IMG/VR virus record: IMGVR_UViG_3300021368_000002
Direction: 5' to 3' (one strand)
DNA: 64,000 bases
Source: a virus
Lineage: Duplodnaviria; Caudoviricetes
Part shown: positions 18,322 to 28,500 of the stretch, piece after piece
Numbering within the stretch: position 1 is the first letter of the stretch
How the letters are laid out: every line of letters starts with the position of its first letter
Position numbers and translations under genes: made by a program
The notes under the pieces: generated by a model
Told to the model about the DNA's origin: nothing
The model's database searches: none
Seen by the model: only the letters and a program-made list of their open reading frames with translations

Positions 18322-19899
18322 TCAATAACTACTAATAAAGATAGGCATTGGCGGTTCGTAATCTTCATCCATCTCGGCTGCATTAAAAGTATTATACACT
18401 CTAGGATCCCAATCTTTCATAACACTCATCATACGTATGCAAAGTAGCGCAGCACTGACTAAGTCGTCAGTCATTCCTACCTTGGCTTGGTAACTAGAAC
18501 CTGTTGCCACATAGCCTTTAAGTTCTGATACAAAAGGTTTGGAATGTATTAACATTTTATCATTCTCTATCATTGTTTTTAATCTTGAACAGGCTGTAAT
18601 CTTTGTGCTATGTGTAGTATTAAATCCTTTACGAAACTTTCTTACGTGTCCTTTACGCATGGGTTCACTTATAAACAATCCGGGAATATTCTCTTCCCCA
18701 AAATCGTTTATAACGATTAGTGCTGCTTCTCCTATGCCGTTGTTTTCTACACTCCAATATATACCTGCAGGATTTTGTGTTTCATTTTCTATATATTTGC
18801 ATATATCAGCAAGCACTCTAACTTGGCCTGGTATAGCTGTTGTATTATGTTGCCATTCTGCAACTTGTTCGTATGTAGGAAGCTCAAAAACTTGTATTGC
18901 TGAATAATCGCCACCAGTTCCCATACTAGGATCTAAACCAACAACGTATGAATATTCACTTGATAATTTTTTATACCAGCGTGTTTGTCCCATATTAAGT
19001 AATGGACTTTGTCCCTCAAGGACAGCAAGTTTTATAGAATTTATAAGTGTTTCATCAAATACTAGAAACTCACAGCCATATTCACGTCTAAATTTTTCTT
19101 CGCCAATACGGCCTATTTCTGCTGTTTTCCATTCTTCATCTCTGTCAGGATGCTCGTCCCAAGTTGCAACAAAACTATGGAAGCCGTTTCTTCCTACCTC
19201 ATTTTCATTTCCATGATCATCAAATTTATCTTCTGCTTGTTTCCAAATTGTAGCAAATGTATCTTCATCTGAGTTTGGTGTGCTTGTAATAATAGCACGA
19301 CCACCTGTTGCTAGTGTAGGAGATATTGAAGTCCAAAACTCTTCTGCAATGTTAGGCATAACAAATGCAAACTCGTCACAGTATAGTAGCGAGATAGACA
19401 TACCACGTCCTGTGTTGCCTGTTGTTGTTTGTGAAACAATCCTACTACCGTTCTCAAACTCTATGCTGCCTTTATTGTAACTTGTAACACCTGCTCTAAT
19501 ATGATCAGGACAAGTTTCGTACACATAGCGTATACGTGCCATAATCTCTTGAGCACCTGTGTACTTATGAGCAGCAATAAGAATAGTTTGATCTGGGTTA
19601 AACATTGCGTACCAAGCAAGATAGATTGCCGCACAAGTTGTTTTACCAGTTTGTCTAGGCATCATATTGATGTTAAATCTATATGAATGATAACTGTGCA
19701 TTAGTCGCAGTTGATACTCGTAAGGATCAAACAACAACTTACCTTGCACAGGATGTTGAATATATGCAAAATTTCTAGCAAAGTGCAAGTAGCCTTCGTC
19801 AGGATCCATACATTTCATAAGATCTTCAATTTGATCTTCTGTATATGTTTCTTTTGTATTTGCTTTTTTTGTTAAAACGCCGTCTAAACTTTTACTCAT
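18322..19899 (-). CDS. terminase large subunit (T4 gp17-like)
   Basis: PRQTGKTT, LLYCDEFAF, STPN, REYGCEF, GLDPSMG, ENNGIG, DDLV; no intein. Confidence 0.95.
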   Translation of the reverse strand: MSKSLDGVLTKKANTKETYTEDQIEDLMKCMDPDEGYLHFARNFAYIQHPVQGKLLFDPYEYQLRLMHSYHSYRFNINMMPRQTGKTTCAAIYLAWYAMFNPDQTILIAAHKYTGAQEIMARIRYVYETCPDHIRAGVTSYNKGSIEFENGSRIVSQTTTGNTGRGMSISLLYCDEFAFVMPNIAEEFWTSISPTLATGGRAIITSTPNSDEDTFATIWKQAEDKFDDHGNENEVGRNGFHSFVATWDEHPDRDEEWKTAEIGRIGEEKFRREYGCEFLVFDETLINSIKLAVLEGQSPLLNMGQTRWYKKLSSEYSYVVGLDPSMGTGGDYSAIQVFELPTYEQVAEWQHNTTAIPGQVRVLADICKYIENETQNPAGIYWSVENNGIGEAALIVINDFGEENIPGLFISEPMRKGHVRKFRKGFNTTHSTKITACSRLKTMIENDKMLIHSKPFVSELKGYVATGSSYQAKVGMTDDLVSAALLCIRMMSVMKDWDPRVYNTFNAAEMDEDYEPPMPIFISSY

Positions 19900-19903
19900 A
19901 TAG

Positions 19904-19909
19904 TATTTA
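19904..19909 (-). promoter_or_regulatory. late-type promoter TAAATA, 4 nt before terminase ATG
   Basis: gtTAAATActatATG. Confidence 0.65.
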
Positions 19910-20257
19910 ACCTATTATATCATCGTAATAACCTGTATCGAATCTCAAGTCAAATAATTTACGTCTACTTTGTTGAATTAATATAGGCACAGGACTGCCG
20001 TAATCTCCGTACTTAGGCTCGCTCCAAAGCCATTCATACTCGTAACTTGTATTAAGTTTTTTTGCTAGTTTTTTTATGCGTCTACGATTTGTATTAGCTA
20101 CAATATAAACAATGGCCTGGTAATTTTCTAAGTGTTGCCACTCACCAGACCATTGCTCTATTTTTATTTCGCCCTTTTTCCAGGCTGCTAAACTCCAAGG
20201 ACAAACAACTTTAATTTTTTTAAAGTATGCTTCCCAATCAACCTTTTCCTCTGCCAC
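19907..20257 (-). CDS. hypothetical protein (VCPWS motif)
   Basis: Probable GTG start at 20257 overlapping the upstream gene; start uncertain. Confidence 0.55.
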   Translation of the reverse strand: MAEEKVDWEAYFKKIKVVCPWSLAAWKKGEIKIEQWSGEWQHLENYQAIVYIVANTNRRRIKKLAKKLNTSYEYEWLWSEPKYGDYGSPVPILIQQSRRKLFDLRFDTGYYDDIIG

Positions 20258-20930
20258 GGCCTTTACCTTTACCACGGCCCTCGGTTGTTTTAATTTCTTC
20301 AGTTTTCTTTTTAGCTTTGCCTCTGCCACGTCCCTCTGCAAATGTATCTTCGCCTACCTTGACACAGTTGTCTACAGTTTTACCGCCTTTTTGTTTAGTG
20401 CCCATACGCTTGTAGCCTTTCCAGCATACTTTGCTATCAACACCTTTTTGCTTTTCTTCGTCTAGTGTGCGCCAGCTTGGGTTACCACAATCTTCGCATA
20501 CTCCGTCCTGTTTTTTCTTTTCAGTTAATGCATTCCAAAGTCTTTCTTTAATAGATTCAACTGCTGGGTCTTTTACACGGATTGCTTTACGGTCTTTTTC
20601 TCTATTAAGTCCACCTGACAAATCTTTTGTCATTAACTGCGTATCGCCATATTCTTCATCAGGCTCATTGGCGTATTCTTCTTCAGTTGTTTCGTCCTTT
20701 GGCCCCATAATAGCTTTAAGTTTTGCCATTTCGCCATCGCCTGTATCCATTGGTGGTTGCGGATGCTCATGTTGTCCGCCCATTAGTTTTATTAAGTCTG
20801 AAATTGCATCAGTACCTTGTGCGTTTAGGTTAACATTCATTGTAACCTTTTCAGGCTCAGGCATTGACGGTTGTGCCATTGGAGGCATAGGACCTTCATC
20901 TAATGCTTTTAGTATTTTTTTCATATCCAT
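20238..20930 (-). CDS. probable internal head protein with CWKGY module and Arg/Gly/Lys-rich tail
   Basis: CWKGYKRMGTKQKGGKTVDNCVK; ends EGRGKGKGRGRGKG. Confidence 0.6.
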   Translation of the reverse strand: MDMKKILKALDEGPMPPMAQPSMPEPEKVTMNVNLNAQGTDAISDLIKLMGGQHEHPQPPMDTGDGEMAKLKAIMGPKDETTEEEYANEPDEEYGDTQLMTKDLSGGLNREKDRKAIRVKDPAVESIKERLWNALTEKKKQDGVCEDCGNPSWRTLDEEKQKGVDSKVCWKGYKRMGTKQKGGKTVDNCVKVGEDTFAEGRGRGKAKKKTEEIKTTEGRGKGKGRGRGKG

Positions 20931-20932
20931 AA

Positions 20933-21490
20933 TTAGCTCCCTACTACACTTTTAGTGTTTTCGCTATCGTTAATGTCTTTAGATTCGCCTGGAGTAACGC
21001 CTTCTAAAGGATTATTATCTCTTTCTTTTCTTGCAGTTTCTAGCTCTTTAAGAAGATCCATTACTCTGTTTCCTGCAACATCTTCTTGTGCATTCATACC
21101 GCCCATATCTTCTTTACCTAAAACTGCTTCGTATGGTTCGTCACTTTTAGGTTCTTGATAAATTTCCTGCATTGCATTAGGATCTCTTACAATGATGTGT
21201 CCTTGGTCAACACCACAGCACTTTCCGATATATTCTTGCATAACTTGTGGTGTAGTAGGATAATTTACTTCTACGTCCCAGTATGTAACTTCCATGTTTT
21301 CTAACTGAGGAAAATCTAATGGTCTTTCTTGGATTGGTGTTTTCTTACCAGCTGAAATATTAGCTAGTTGATATTTGCCTAACGCATTTTCCATCTTATC
21401 AGCAAAACCTTCTGCAAGGCTACCTGCAACTCCAATTTTAAATGCATATGTCTTTTTCGACTCAGTTAAATATTCTGTAAATGACTTCAT
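20933..21490 (-). CDS. probable virion/head protein
   Basis: MKSFTEYLTES start typical of T4-like processed head proteins; late motif at 21515-21520. Confidence 0.6.
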   Translation of the reverse strand: MKSFTEYLTESKKTYAFKIGVAGSLAEGFADKMENALGKYQLANISAGKKTPIQERPLDFPQLENMEVTYWDVEVNYPTTPQVMQEYIGKCCGVDQGHIIVRDPNAMQEIYQEPKSDEPYEAVLGKEDMGGMNAQEDVAGNRVMDLLKELETARKERDNNPLEGVTPGESKDINDSENTKSVVGS

Positions 21491-21506
21491 TTTAACATCC
21501 TAAACT

Positions 21507-22247
21507 TTATATTGTATTTATCCTAGTTAAATATTTTTCTTCTAAGATCTGTGCAAACCTTGCTTGCATTTTTGGCGTTGTATGATAGCCAGGATCTTCT
21601 TCTATCCAGGATCTGTTTAATTCAGAAAGATAAGATAAACTATCTTTTTTCTCGACAAGTATACTATCAAAGTTATAAAACATATTTTTTACATTGTAAT
21701 CTTCGTAATCCCATTCGGCGTTGTGCTGACCCATGAAATAGCCCGGTTGGAAAATTACAGGTATTTTCTTATATGCAAGAAAATTCAAAGCATCTCTAAT
21801 AATCCATTCATCTTGCTGACTTGCCCATTTTTCATCGCCGAAATATTTTAACCATGTTTTCATAATTTTTGATTTATCTTTAGAAAGTTTGGAAACAGAA
21901 GAAATAGCATGGATAGAATATCCTGTATGTCCTTCATTTTTGTCCATATCGGCAATATTACCTAAACTTTTAGTAAGTAACGATTGATCATACGGACCTC
22001 TAAAAATTTCAATTCGAGGGCCGTTTGTTGGAGTATATATTACAACATCTGGATTCCACGCAGCTACTTCTTGTATTTGTAAACGTATGTGAGAATTGCT
22101 TACACCAGTTTTAGCCAAATTTAAAACAGTGTGTCCTTTTCTTTCTAATATTGAGCTAAAATGTGTTCCGACAAACTGTGGTCTAAGTTGTCGATGATAA
22201 TCATCTGGTTTAGCACTTAAACTACACCCACAAACGGCTATTCTCAT
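21507..22247 (-). CDS. SGNH/GDSL-like hydrolase or acyltransferase
   Basis: GCSLS (block I Ser), AKTGVSN (block II), DPGYH (block V). Confidence 0.6.
   Translation of the reverse strand: MRIAVCGCSLSAKPDDYHRQLRPQFVGTHFSSILERKGHTVLNLAKTGVSNSHIRLQIQEVAAWNPDVVIYTPTNGPRIEIFRGPYDQSLLTKSLGNIADMDKNEGHTGYSIHAISSVSKLSKDKSKIMKTWLKYFGDEKWASQQDEWIIRDALNFLAYKKIPVIFQPGYFMGQHNAEWDYEDYNVKNMFYNFDSILVEKKDSLSYLSELNRSWIEEDPGYHTTPKMQARFAQILEEKYLTRINTI
21515..21520 (-). promoter_or_regulatory. late-type promoter gaTAAATA
   Basis: 24 nt upstream of ATG, with AGGA Shine-Dalgarno. Confidence 0.55.
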
Positions 22248-22732
22248 TTATCTAAGCCTTTAAGCCTCTCTAATAAACTATTGCGGTCTGTAACTACGTA
22301 TCCGTCTCCGTTAACAATATCTCCAGTATCAACAGTGTCTCTATCCATCTTTTCTTTTTTCAATTGGAGTTCTATCATTTTAAGTTTTTTATCTAGCTTT
22401 GCAGTTTTTGCATCTAACCCTGTTTTTAACATACTACCTGCAACTTCAAAGACCCTGCCACTATAACGACTTTCCACATTCATACCAAGATCCATAAGGT
22501 CTTCGTAGCTTTGCAAAGCTCTCTGTGCAATATCTTCTAGCTCTGAATCTGCTTTGTCGCCTAAACCTTTTACACTAGGTAATGCTGATGCAATTTTATC
22601 TAATTCAGCAATGTCACGCACAGCATCTTCTTGTTCAACTATTGCTTGCTGTGCTTTTTCTTGTTGTTTTGATTGGTCTATCAAATCTTTTGAATCTTGC
22701 AAATCTAATAGTTCTTCTAGTTTCTTAGTCAT
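22244..22732 (-). CDS. probable terminase small subunit (gp16-like)
   Basis: Coiled-coil with RVFEVAGSMLK resembling RAYEVAGQLIK of T4-like gp16. Confidence 0.55.
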   Translation of the reverse strand: MTKKLEELLDLQDSKDLIDQSKQQEKAQQAIVEQEDAVRDIAELDKIASALPSVKGLGDKADSELEDIAQRALQSYEDLMDLGMNVESRYSGRVFEVAGSMLKTGLDAKTAKLDKKLKMIELQLKKEKMDRDTVDTGDIVNGDGYVVTDRNSLLERLKGLDK

Positions 22733-22761
22733 GGTTGTTTTCCATTATATATGTATATAAC

Positions 22762-22767
22762 TATTTA
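22762..22767 (-). promoter_or_regulatory. late-type promoter gaTAAATA overlapping the gp4 stop codon
   Basis: Seen directly upstream of the gp16-like gene. Confidence 0.5.
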
Positions 22768-23202
22768 TCTTCTAGCACCGTTATGAAATATGTCATCTTC
22801 AGTAACTACTCTAAAGTGTATACCATTTTGCTTGCAGTAAGCTCTAGCAGCTTCCCATTTTGCTTGATTTAGAATCCAATGTGCTTGATTCTTTTGCGAT
22901 CTACCTACTCTTTCTTTTATTGCTTGATTAGCAGGTTTGACTTCTATCAACTCAACTCTTTGTTTACCTTTTTTATCATTATATGCAATAAAAAAATCAG
23001 GAACATAAATTGTATGCTTACCTGATAATGGGTTTCTATAAGGTATTTTGATTGCTTCACTTGCCCATTTATTAATACTAGGGTGTTCGTCGCAAAATTT
23101 CATGAAAGCAAATTCCCAACTGCTTCTGTAAGTTGGTGTTTTTCCGCCTACATATTTTTCTGGATTTTTTAGAGCAAACTTGCCCTGTGCAAAACGTGGC
23201 AT
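22765..23202 (-). CDS. head completion nuclease (T4 gp4-like, TnsA-like PD-(D/E)xK)
   Basis: F..KNPEKY, YRSSWE, YVPDF, IEVKP, NQAKWEAA, VTEDD. Confidence 0.9.
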   Translation of the reverse strand: MPRFAQGKFALKNPEKYVGGKTPTYRSSWEFAFMKFCDEHPSINKWASEAIKIPYRNPLSGKHTIYVPDFFIAYNDKKGKQRVELIEVKPANQAIKERVGRSQKNQAHWILNQAKWEAARAYCKQNGIHFRVVTEDDIFHNGARR

Positions 23203-23531
23203 TATACTACAATATTTCTTGACTCTGTTGTGTTAACTTTTGTATCTGTTTTAACACCAAGCGTTTGTGTTTTATTACTGTTAGCATTAATAACTTCTAA
23301 TACGACTTTATTTAATTTAAGCTGTTCTAAATTGCCAAGGCTTTCTAGTAATTGGAATATTTTAACACCGTCAAGTTTTGCTTGCTTTAATAGTATAGCA
23401 CTAATATTAGCTGCACTTTCGTTACTAAATCCACGCTTTTCAAAAAATGCGATTACTGCATCAACTTGGTTACTTGGAAACGATAGTTCTTTTACAAAAT
23501 AATTATCAAAAAATTTCTGTTCATTTGCCAT
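23202..23531 (-). CDS. hypothetical protein (109 aa)
   Basis: Coupled to gp4 by TAATG within the tail operon. Confidence 0.7.
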   Translation of the reverse strand: MANEQKFFDNYFVKELSFPSNQVDAVIAFFEKRGFSNESAANISAILLKQAKLDGVKIFQLLESLGNLEQLKLNKVVLEVINANSNKTQTLGVKTDTKVNTTESRNIVV

Positions 23532-23543
23532 TTAATCTTCCTT

Positions 23544-24776
23544 TTATCTACTTAGTGCATTACTTGCTAATCTTATAGATTTTGGATTATTATTTCTAAT
23601 ATTTGTAAAAAATTCTTCTATATAATAATCTTGGGTACTCTGCGGCAATGATCTAAAATTATTGCCGTTAGTTGTCAACATAAAATGTTGCTCTACTATA
23701 TTATATTTTAATGTGTTGTTTGTTTGCAAAGTGTTTAAAATGTAGTTAGGATCAAGTTTTCTTTCCTCTGATCCTTTTTGAACTGCATTAGTTAAGTTTT
23801 TTTCATTTTTTGGATTTGCAAAAAACACCCCGTTTATTCCTACTTGGTTCTTTGAGTCTTCTTCGCTAAATGTAAGTTCTAAACCATTTGGACGTAAACC
23901 TTCTAGGGATTTATCTTTTGTATTTTGATATGCATCTATTGTTGCTTGATTTATTTGTGCATAATTAGGTTCATGTTTTGTATAAAATGTGTTATCAAAT
24001 ACTTCATCTAAATTATTAACAGTAGATCCTGATTGGTTAGGACTTTCGCTATTTAATCCTACAAAACTTTTTTCTTGATCATAATGCTCAGGCGATGCAA
24101 ATCCTTTTGGTGATTCTAATTCCTCAATTTTGCCTGTGTCATATATAACACTTTCGTATTGTATTTGCATACTATTTTCTAATATTTCAGCACTGCCATA
24201 TGCGTCTAAATTATCATGTTGCCAGGAAGTAATTTTTGGTAATATTAATTTAGCAGTATGAAACGTATGCCTACTAAGAGCAGTTATTTCTATATTATAG
24301 AAGAAAGGTAAATCACTTCCGTTATCAAGACCATAACGCTGACTTTCTCCCATTGGCTGGTATGTGCTATTAACTAGGTAAGGTGCTTGCGTGTCTGCAT
24401 AATAATAATCGTAATATGCTTGCCAAAGTCTTGAACTTACGCCTTCATTATCATCATGAAATCTCACTAGAACAGGAGAATAATCTAATCTTGTTTGTAC
24501 AACTTTTTTTCTATTGTATTGTTGTAGCGTTGTTGTTTCTATATCAAATTTTGGCAAATCAACATATTTTACAAGAAGTCCGATCTCGTTGCCGTGTTTC
24601 TCAACAAAACCTCCAGCGACTTGACTGTTTATTTGAAATGCAACATGATAGAGGAATTTGTTTTTTGGTGCTAATCTATAAAAGTTTTGCACAAAGGTAT
24701 GCGAGGCGTGCCAATAGTCTGCCTGTGAAACATTACCTTTTTGGTTAGTATTGCCGTATTTTACTGTCTTTGCCAT
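23544..24776 (-). CDS. tail-tube-like baseplate/tube initiator (gp48/gp54-like)
   Basis: Tube-fold pattern LPKFDIET..QYNRK..YSPVLVRFHDD; lies next to gp19. Confidence 0.65.
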   Translation of the reverse strand: MAKTVKYGNTNQKGNVSQADYWHASHTFVQNFYRLAPKNKFLYHVAFQINSQVAGGFVEKHGNEIGLLVKYVDLPKFDIETTTLQQYNRKKVVQTRLDYSPVLVRFHDDNEGVSSRLWQAYYDYYYADTQAPYLVNSTYQPMGESQRYGLDNGSDLPFFYNIEITALSRHTFHTAKLILPKITSWQHDNLDAYGSAEILENSMQIQYESVIYDTGKIEELESPKGFASPEHYDQEKSFVGLNSESPNQSGSTVNNLDEVFDNTFYTKHEPNYAQINQATIDAYQNTKDKSLEGLRPNGLELTFSEEDSKNQVGINGVFFANPKNEKNLTNAVQKGSEERKLDPNYILNTLQTNNTLKYNIVEQHFMLTTNGNNFRSLPQSTQDYYIEEFFTNIRNNNPKSIRLASNALSR

Positions 24777-24781
24777 ACTAA

Positions 24782-24787
24782 TATTTA
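24782..24787 (-). promoter_or_regulatory. late-type promoter TAAATA, 5 nt before ATG
   Basis: gaTAAATAttagtATG. Confidence 0.65.
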
Positions 24788-24813
24788 TCTGTTTTTTTAA
24801 CTACGTATAAAAT

Positions 24814-24837
24814 AAAAAAGGGACCTTATGGCCCCTT
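24814..24837 (-). terminator. intrinsic terminator after tail tube gene
   Basis: aaggggcc-ataa-ggtccctt followed by a U-run on the minus strand. Confidence 0.7.
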
Positions 24838-24863
24838 CTCTATATTAGTCAATTACGGTGCTA

Positions 24864-25481
24864 TTAACCTGTTGATAAAGAGCCGCCACCAGTTGGAACA
24901 GATTCAGCACTAATGCCTCCACCAACTGTTTGCACTGCATTATCATAACGGATTGCAAGTGTAACCTGCACTGGGTCGTTTGTTGCATATGCTAATGTAT
25001 TATAGTTAGCATTTTGTATGAAACAACCGTATAGCTCAAATGTATCTAAAACGCCTACATCTGTGTTTCCGTTGCCCCCGTCTAATATTTCTATTTTTGT
25101 TGTAAACTTGTAATCAATACCTGATGGTGCGCTTGCTTGCTCAAAGAAATCGTATTGTTTCTGAAGCTGTTCACCAACAAGTTTTTGAACGTTATTGTTT
25201 ACATCTTCACGTAAGTTAAGTGTAACTGCTTCCCAGGCAGGTTTTCCTGCTAGGTAAACACGTGAATTGTAAACAGGTAGTTCAATTTCTTCAAAGTTGA
25301 TTACTGGACGAGTTACATCTACTACTTGCTTTGTTAATTCAGTAGTTGCAGTGCCTAGTCCGAAGTTTGTCATTGTGACTCTAAAACGATACTGAAGTTT
25401 TGGCATTAACAAACCTTGTGTCTGATTGCCTCCTCCACCGTCTAGTGGCACAGTAATTTTTGATAGTGTTGAAATTGCCAT
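24864..25481 (-). CDS. tail tube protein (gp19-like)
   Basis: MPKLQYRFRV, YLAGKPAWE, ELYGCF; follows the sheath gene. Confidence 0.88.
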   Translation of the reverse strand: MAISTLSKITVPLDGGGGNQTQGLLMPKLQYRFRVTMTNFGLGTATTELTKQVVDVTRPVINFEEIELPVYNSRVYLAGKPAWEAVTLNLREDVNNNVQKLVGEQLQKQYDFFEQASAPSGIDYKFTTKIEILDGGNGNTDVGVLDTFELYGCFIQNANYNTLAYATNDPVQVTLAIRYDNAVQTVGGGISAESVPTGGGSLSTG

Positions 25482-25501
25482 ATTCTACTCCTGTACGCAA
25501 G

Positions 25502-25507
25502 TATTTA
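25502..25507 (-). promoter_or_regulatory. late-type promoter gaTAAATA for tail tube
   Basis: 20 nt upstream of ATG, with AGGAG Shine-Dalgarno. Confidence 0.6.
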
Positions 25508-25512
25508 TCAAT

Positions 25513-25542
25513 TAATGAGCCCTATATTTCAAGGGCTCATTA
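25513..25542 (-). terminator. 11-bp hairpin after the sheath gene
   Basis: taatgagccct-N8-agggctcatta. Confidence 0.6.
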
Positions 25543-25548
25543 TGTTAT

Positions 25549-28500
25549 TTAAAGACCTGCAATCTCTCCTGTATTTTTCAAGCGTAGCGGAATGTAAATA
25601 AATTCAACTGCCTTGATTGGTTCAATTGCTATATCTAAGTATAGTTCGTTTCTGTCTATTCTTGCAGGTGTGTTGTTTGTTTCATCACACACAACTAAGA
25701 AGTCGTTTAACGCTCTAAGTCCAACTAGTTCAAGTAGTAAACTTTCTGCTGCTGTCTTAATGTCGTCGCGTGTTACCTTATCATTTGGTTCAAAAATGTA
25801 AGGCTTAGCAAGTTTATTAAGCTGGCTGCGTAAGTATACAACGAGTCTTGATACGTTGATTCTGTCTAGTGCGCTTGCATTTCTTGCACGAGTCTTTTGA
25901 CCGAAGTTAACAAGTCCTGCACCAGTAATAAATGTAATTGGGTTTACATTATTGCTGTACAGTGTATCACGCTGTCCTTCGTTAAGTGCAACTGCAACAA
26001 ATTCACCTTCGCTATTTACATAGCCTGTTGATGTTGCATTTGAAATACCACCACGTCTTGTACCTGCTGGTGCAAACCATGGGAACGATACTTGATCACT
26101 TAGTGCCATTGTTCTTAGCATCATATGCGAAGCTGGAACAACAATGTTGTTTCCAAAGTTATCGCTGCTAAATCCGCTTGGATAAAACACACCTAAGTAT
26201 TCATCACTACTTACAAGTCCACGATCATTATCTTCAACTGCTGTGTTAACATTGGTTGCCCAGTTATTCAGTGAAGTTGCATCTGGAGTAAGTCTCATTG
26301 GCGAATCACCTATGATAAATGCACTTAGTCCTCTATCATAGTTTAGTGTAATCATTTCACCAATTAGTTCTGGATAACCAGGTGTTGCCATGATGTTAAA
26401 CAATCTTGCTTCGTCATCACGTATTTCGTCGTTGTTGTTAACAACTGCTTGTAGTCGTTGTACAACAACTTTACGCTGTGCCATACGTCCAAAGCTACCT
26501 GCACCTGTTGCTTGGTTAGCTGACTCAGTGACCCAACGATGTGGATAGTAAGAAGCCATGCTTGGATCGCCTGCTTGTCTTTTGTTTTCAGCTGTTGTAT
26601 CAATATAGTTACGAACAAACTTCTTAACATTAAATCCACTTCTACGTGTGTTCCATAGCAGCATTCCTTTTGGATAAAGTGCTGGATCTGGAGCATCTGG
26701 ATCAAGGTAATCGCTAACTGCTAAGTCTGCAATAGTTGCCTCGTCACTGTTAGCACCAGCATCGCTCCAACGTGCATCGGCGTAAAGTACACCATTTTCT
26801 GTTGTTTGATCTGTGCTATCAAGTAGTACCCAACCTGTTGGAGTTGGCATTGTTGAGTCATATCTATAAACTCTTGGGAAGTTTTCTAAATCTCCTGTAT
26901 CAATCCAAATATCTCCATCAACAAGTGCGCTTGTTCCATCGCTTTGCTTTGTTGGTGTGCTTGCACTTACGATTGGGTCATCAACTCCTGTAAGTCCTGA
27001 ACCTGTATGCTTACGTCCTACCCATGTAGAACCATTGTGTACAAGCATATCAACTTCATCAACAATTGAGTTGTACCATAATGTTCCGTCTGCTGTTAAT
27101 GCAGTTGGAGCATCATCGCTTGCTGTATAAGTCATTACTTTCCAGTTAGAAGCAATAAAGTATACTGTTGAATCTTCAGCCATGTAATCGTATAAGTTTG
27201 TTGTTGTTCCTGGAACAAAACCAGCTGCTGCTAATGCACCATCGTGGTCAACAAATCTAATTTCACCGCCTGTTGCGTGACTTATTACAACTCTGTTTAG
27301 TGCATCAACACTTGCAGTAACATGATTTAAACCAGCAGCGTTAATAGCATTTGCCATATCTTCTGCATCGTTTGCTGTTCCGTTGTAAGCAACAGTTATC
27401 GTAGTAGCTGCACTCATTGCACGGTTACCTTTAACGCTTTCTATAATATCAAATCTAGCTGTAGCGTTTGGAATAGTACTAGTTGTAATTTTGTCTGATG
27501 TTACAACAGTAGCACCTGCAACTTGACGTCTAAAGATTTTAAAGTTTGCTTCTTTTTGACTTACTTCACCTGTGTTAGTTTGAATGTAAACTGTACCTAC
27601 TGTTAAGTTTGCACCGCCACCTGATTTATCAAGGTTAAAAATAGCATCTGCATTATCTTCGTACAGTGGAGCATTTACATCTGCCCAAAGTTTTGTAGTT
27701 GCATTGTACTGCTTTACTGCCCACTTAGAACCACTATTTGGTTCAGTTGTTTTAATCCAAATAGAACCTGTTGGACGTGGAGTAGTGTCGTTTGTTTTCC
27801 ATTCTGGAACACTTGTATGAGCTGCAATAGCAACTGCTGGTGCTGCGTAAGTTCCTGCTGTAATTCCTAGGTCTGTTTCTAGTCCTGGGGTGCCGCCGCC
27901 GTTGCCAATTACAATACTAACCCCGTTTGAAAATAGTGATAGTACTCCGCCAACTGATTGTGCTGTTACTCCAGTTACTAGTACACCAATGTCGTTTGCT
28001 AATGAAGCTGCATCTGTGCCTGAAGCTGTAATTGTAACACCGTTGATTGTCATTGTTTTACCAGCTGTATGTGTTGAGCTTGTTGCAGTTACAGTTGCAT
28101 GGCTATTTTGCCAGTCATCTGTTCCTACTTCAACCCATGTACCAGCTGAATTTTTATACCATAGTTTGTTTAGTGTGCTTACAGCAACTACTGCGTAGTC
28201 GCCAACTGCGCCAACTGAACCTTTTGGTGCGCCCGGTGCTGTTGATGTTCCTGTAACTTTAGAAACTTCTGTAATTACTATAGGTGTTTTTACTGAAAAA
28301 GTTTGTCCGCCAGTTGTTGTTCTAGCTGCTCCATTCCATTCAAATACACCAAATTTTGTATTTTTTGTATCAAACCAATATGTTCCATCTGCAGGAGCAG
28401 CGCCTGGAGCATTTGCTGATGCTTTTAATTGATTTAAATCAATGTCTGCACGTACAACGTATGCTCTATTTGCAACGCCTAAGAATGAATATGCAGCTTG

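Noticed and set aside
18312-18383. Longer N-terminus (MQPRW..) of the 636-aa ORF
   Set aside because: Overlaps the terminase end; the TAAATA motif points to MQNLDK at 18311.
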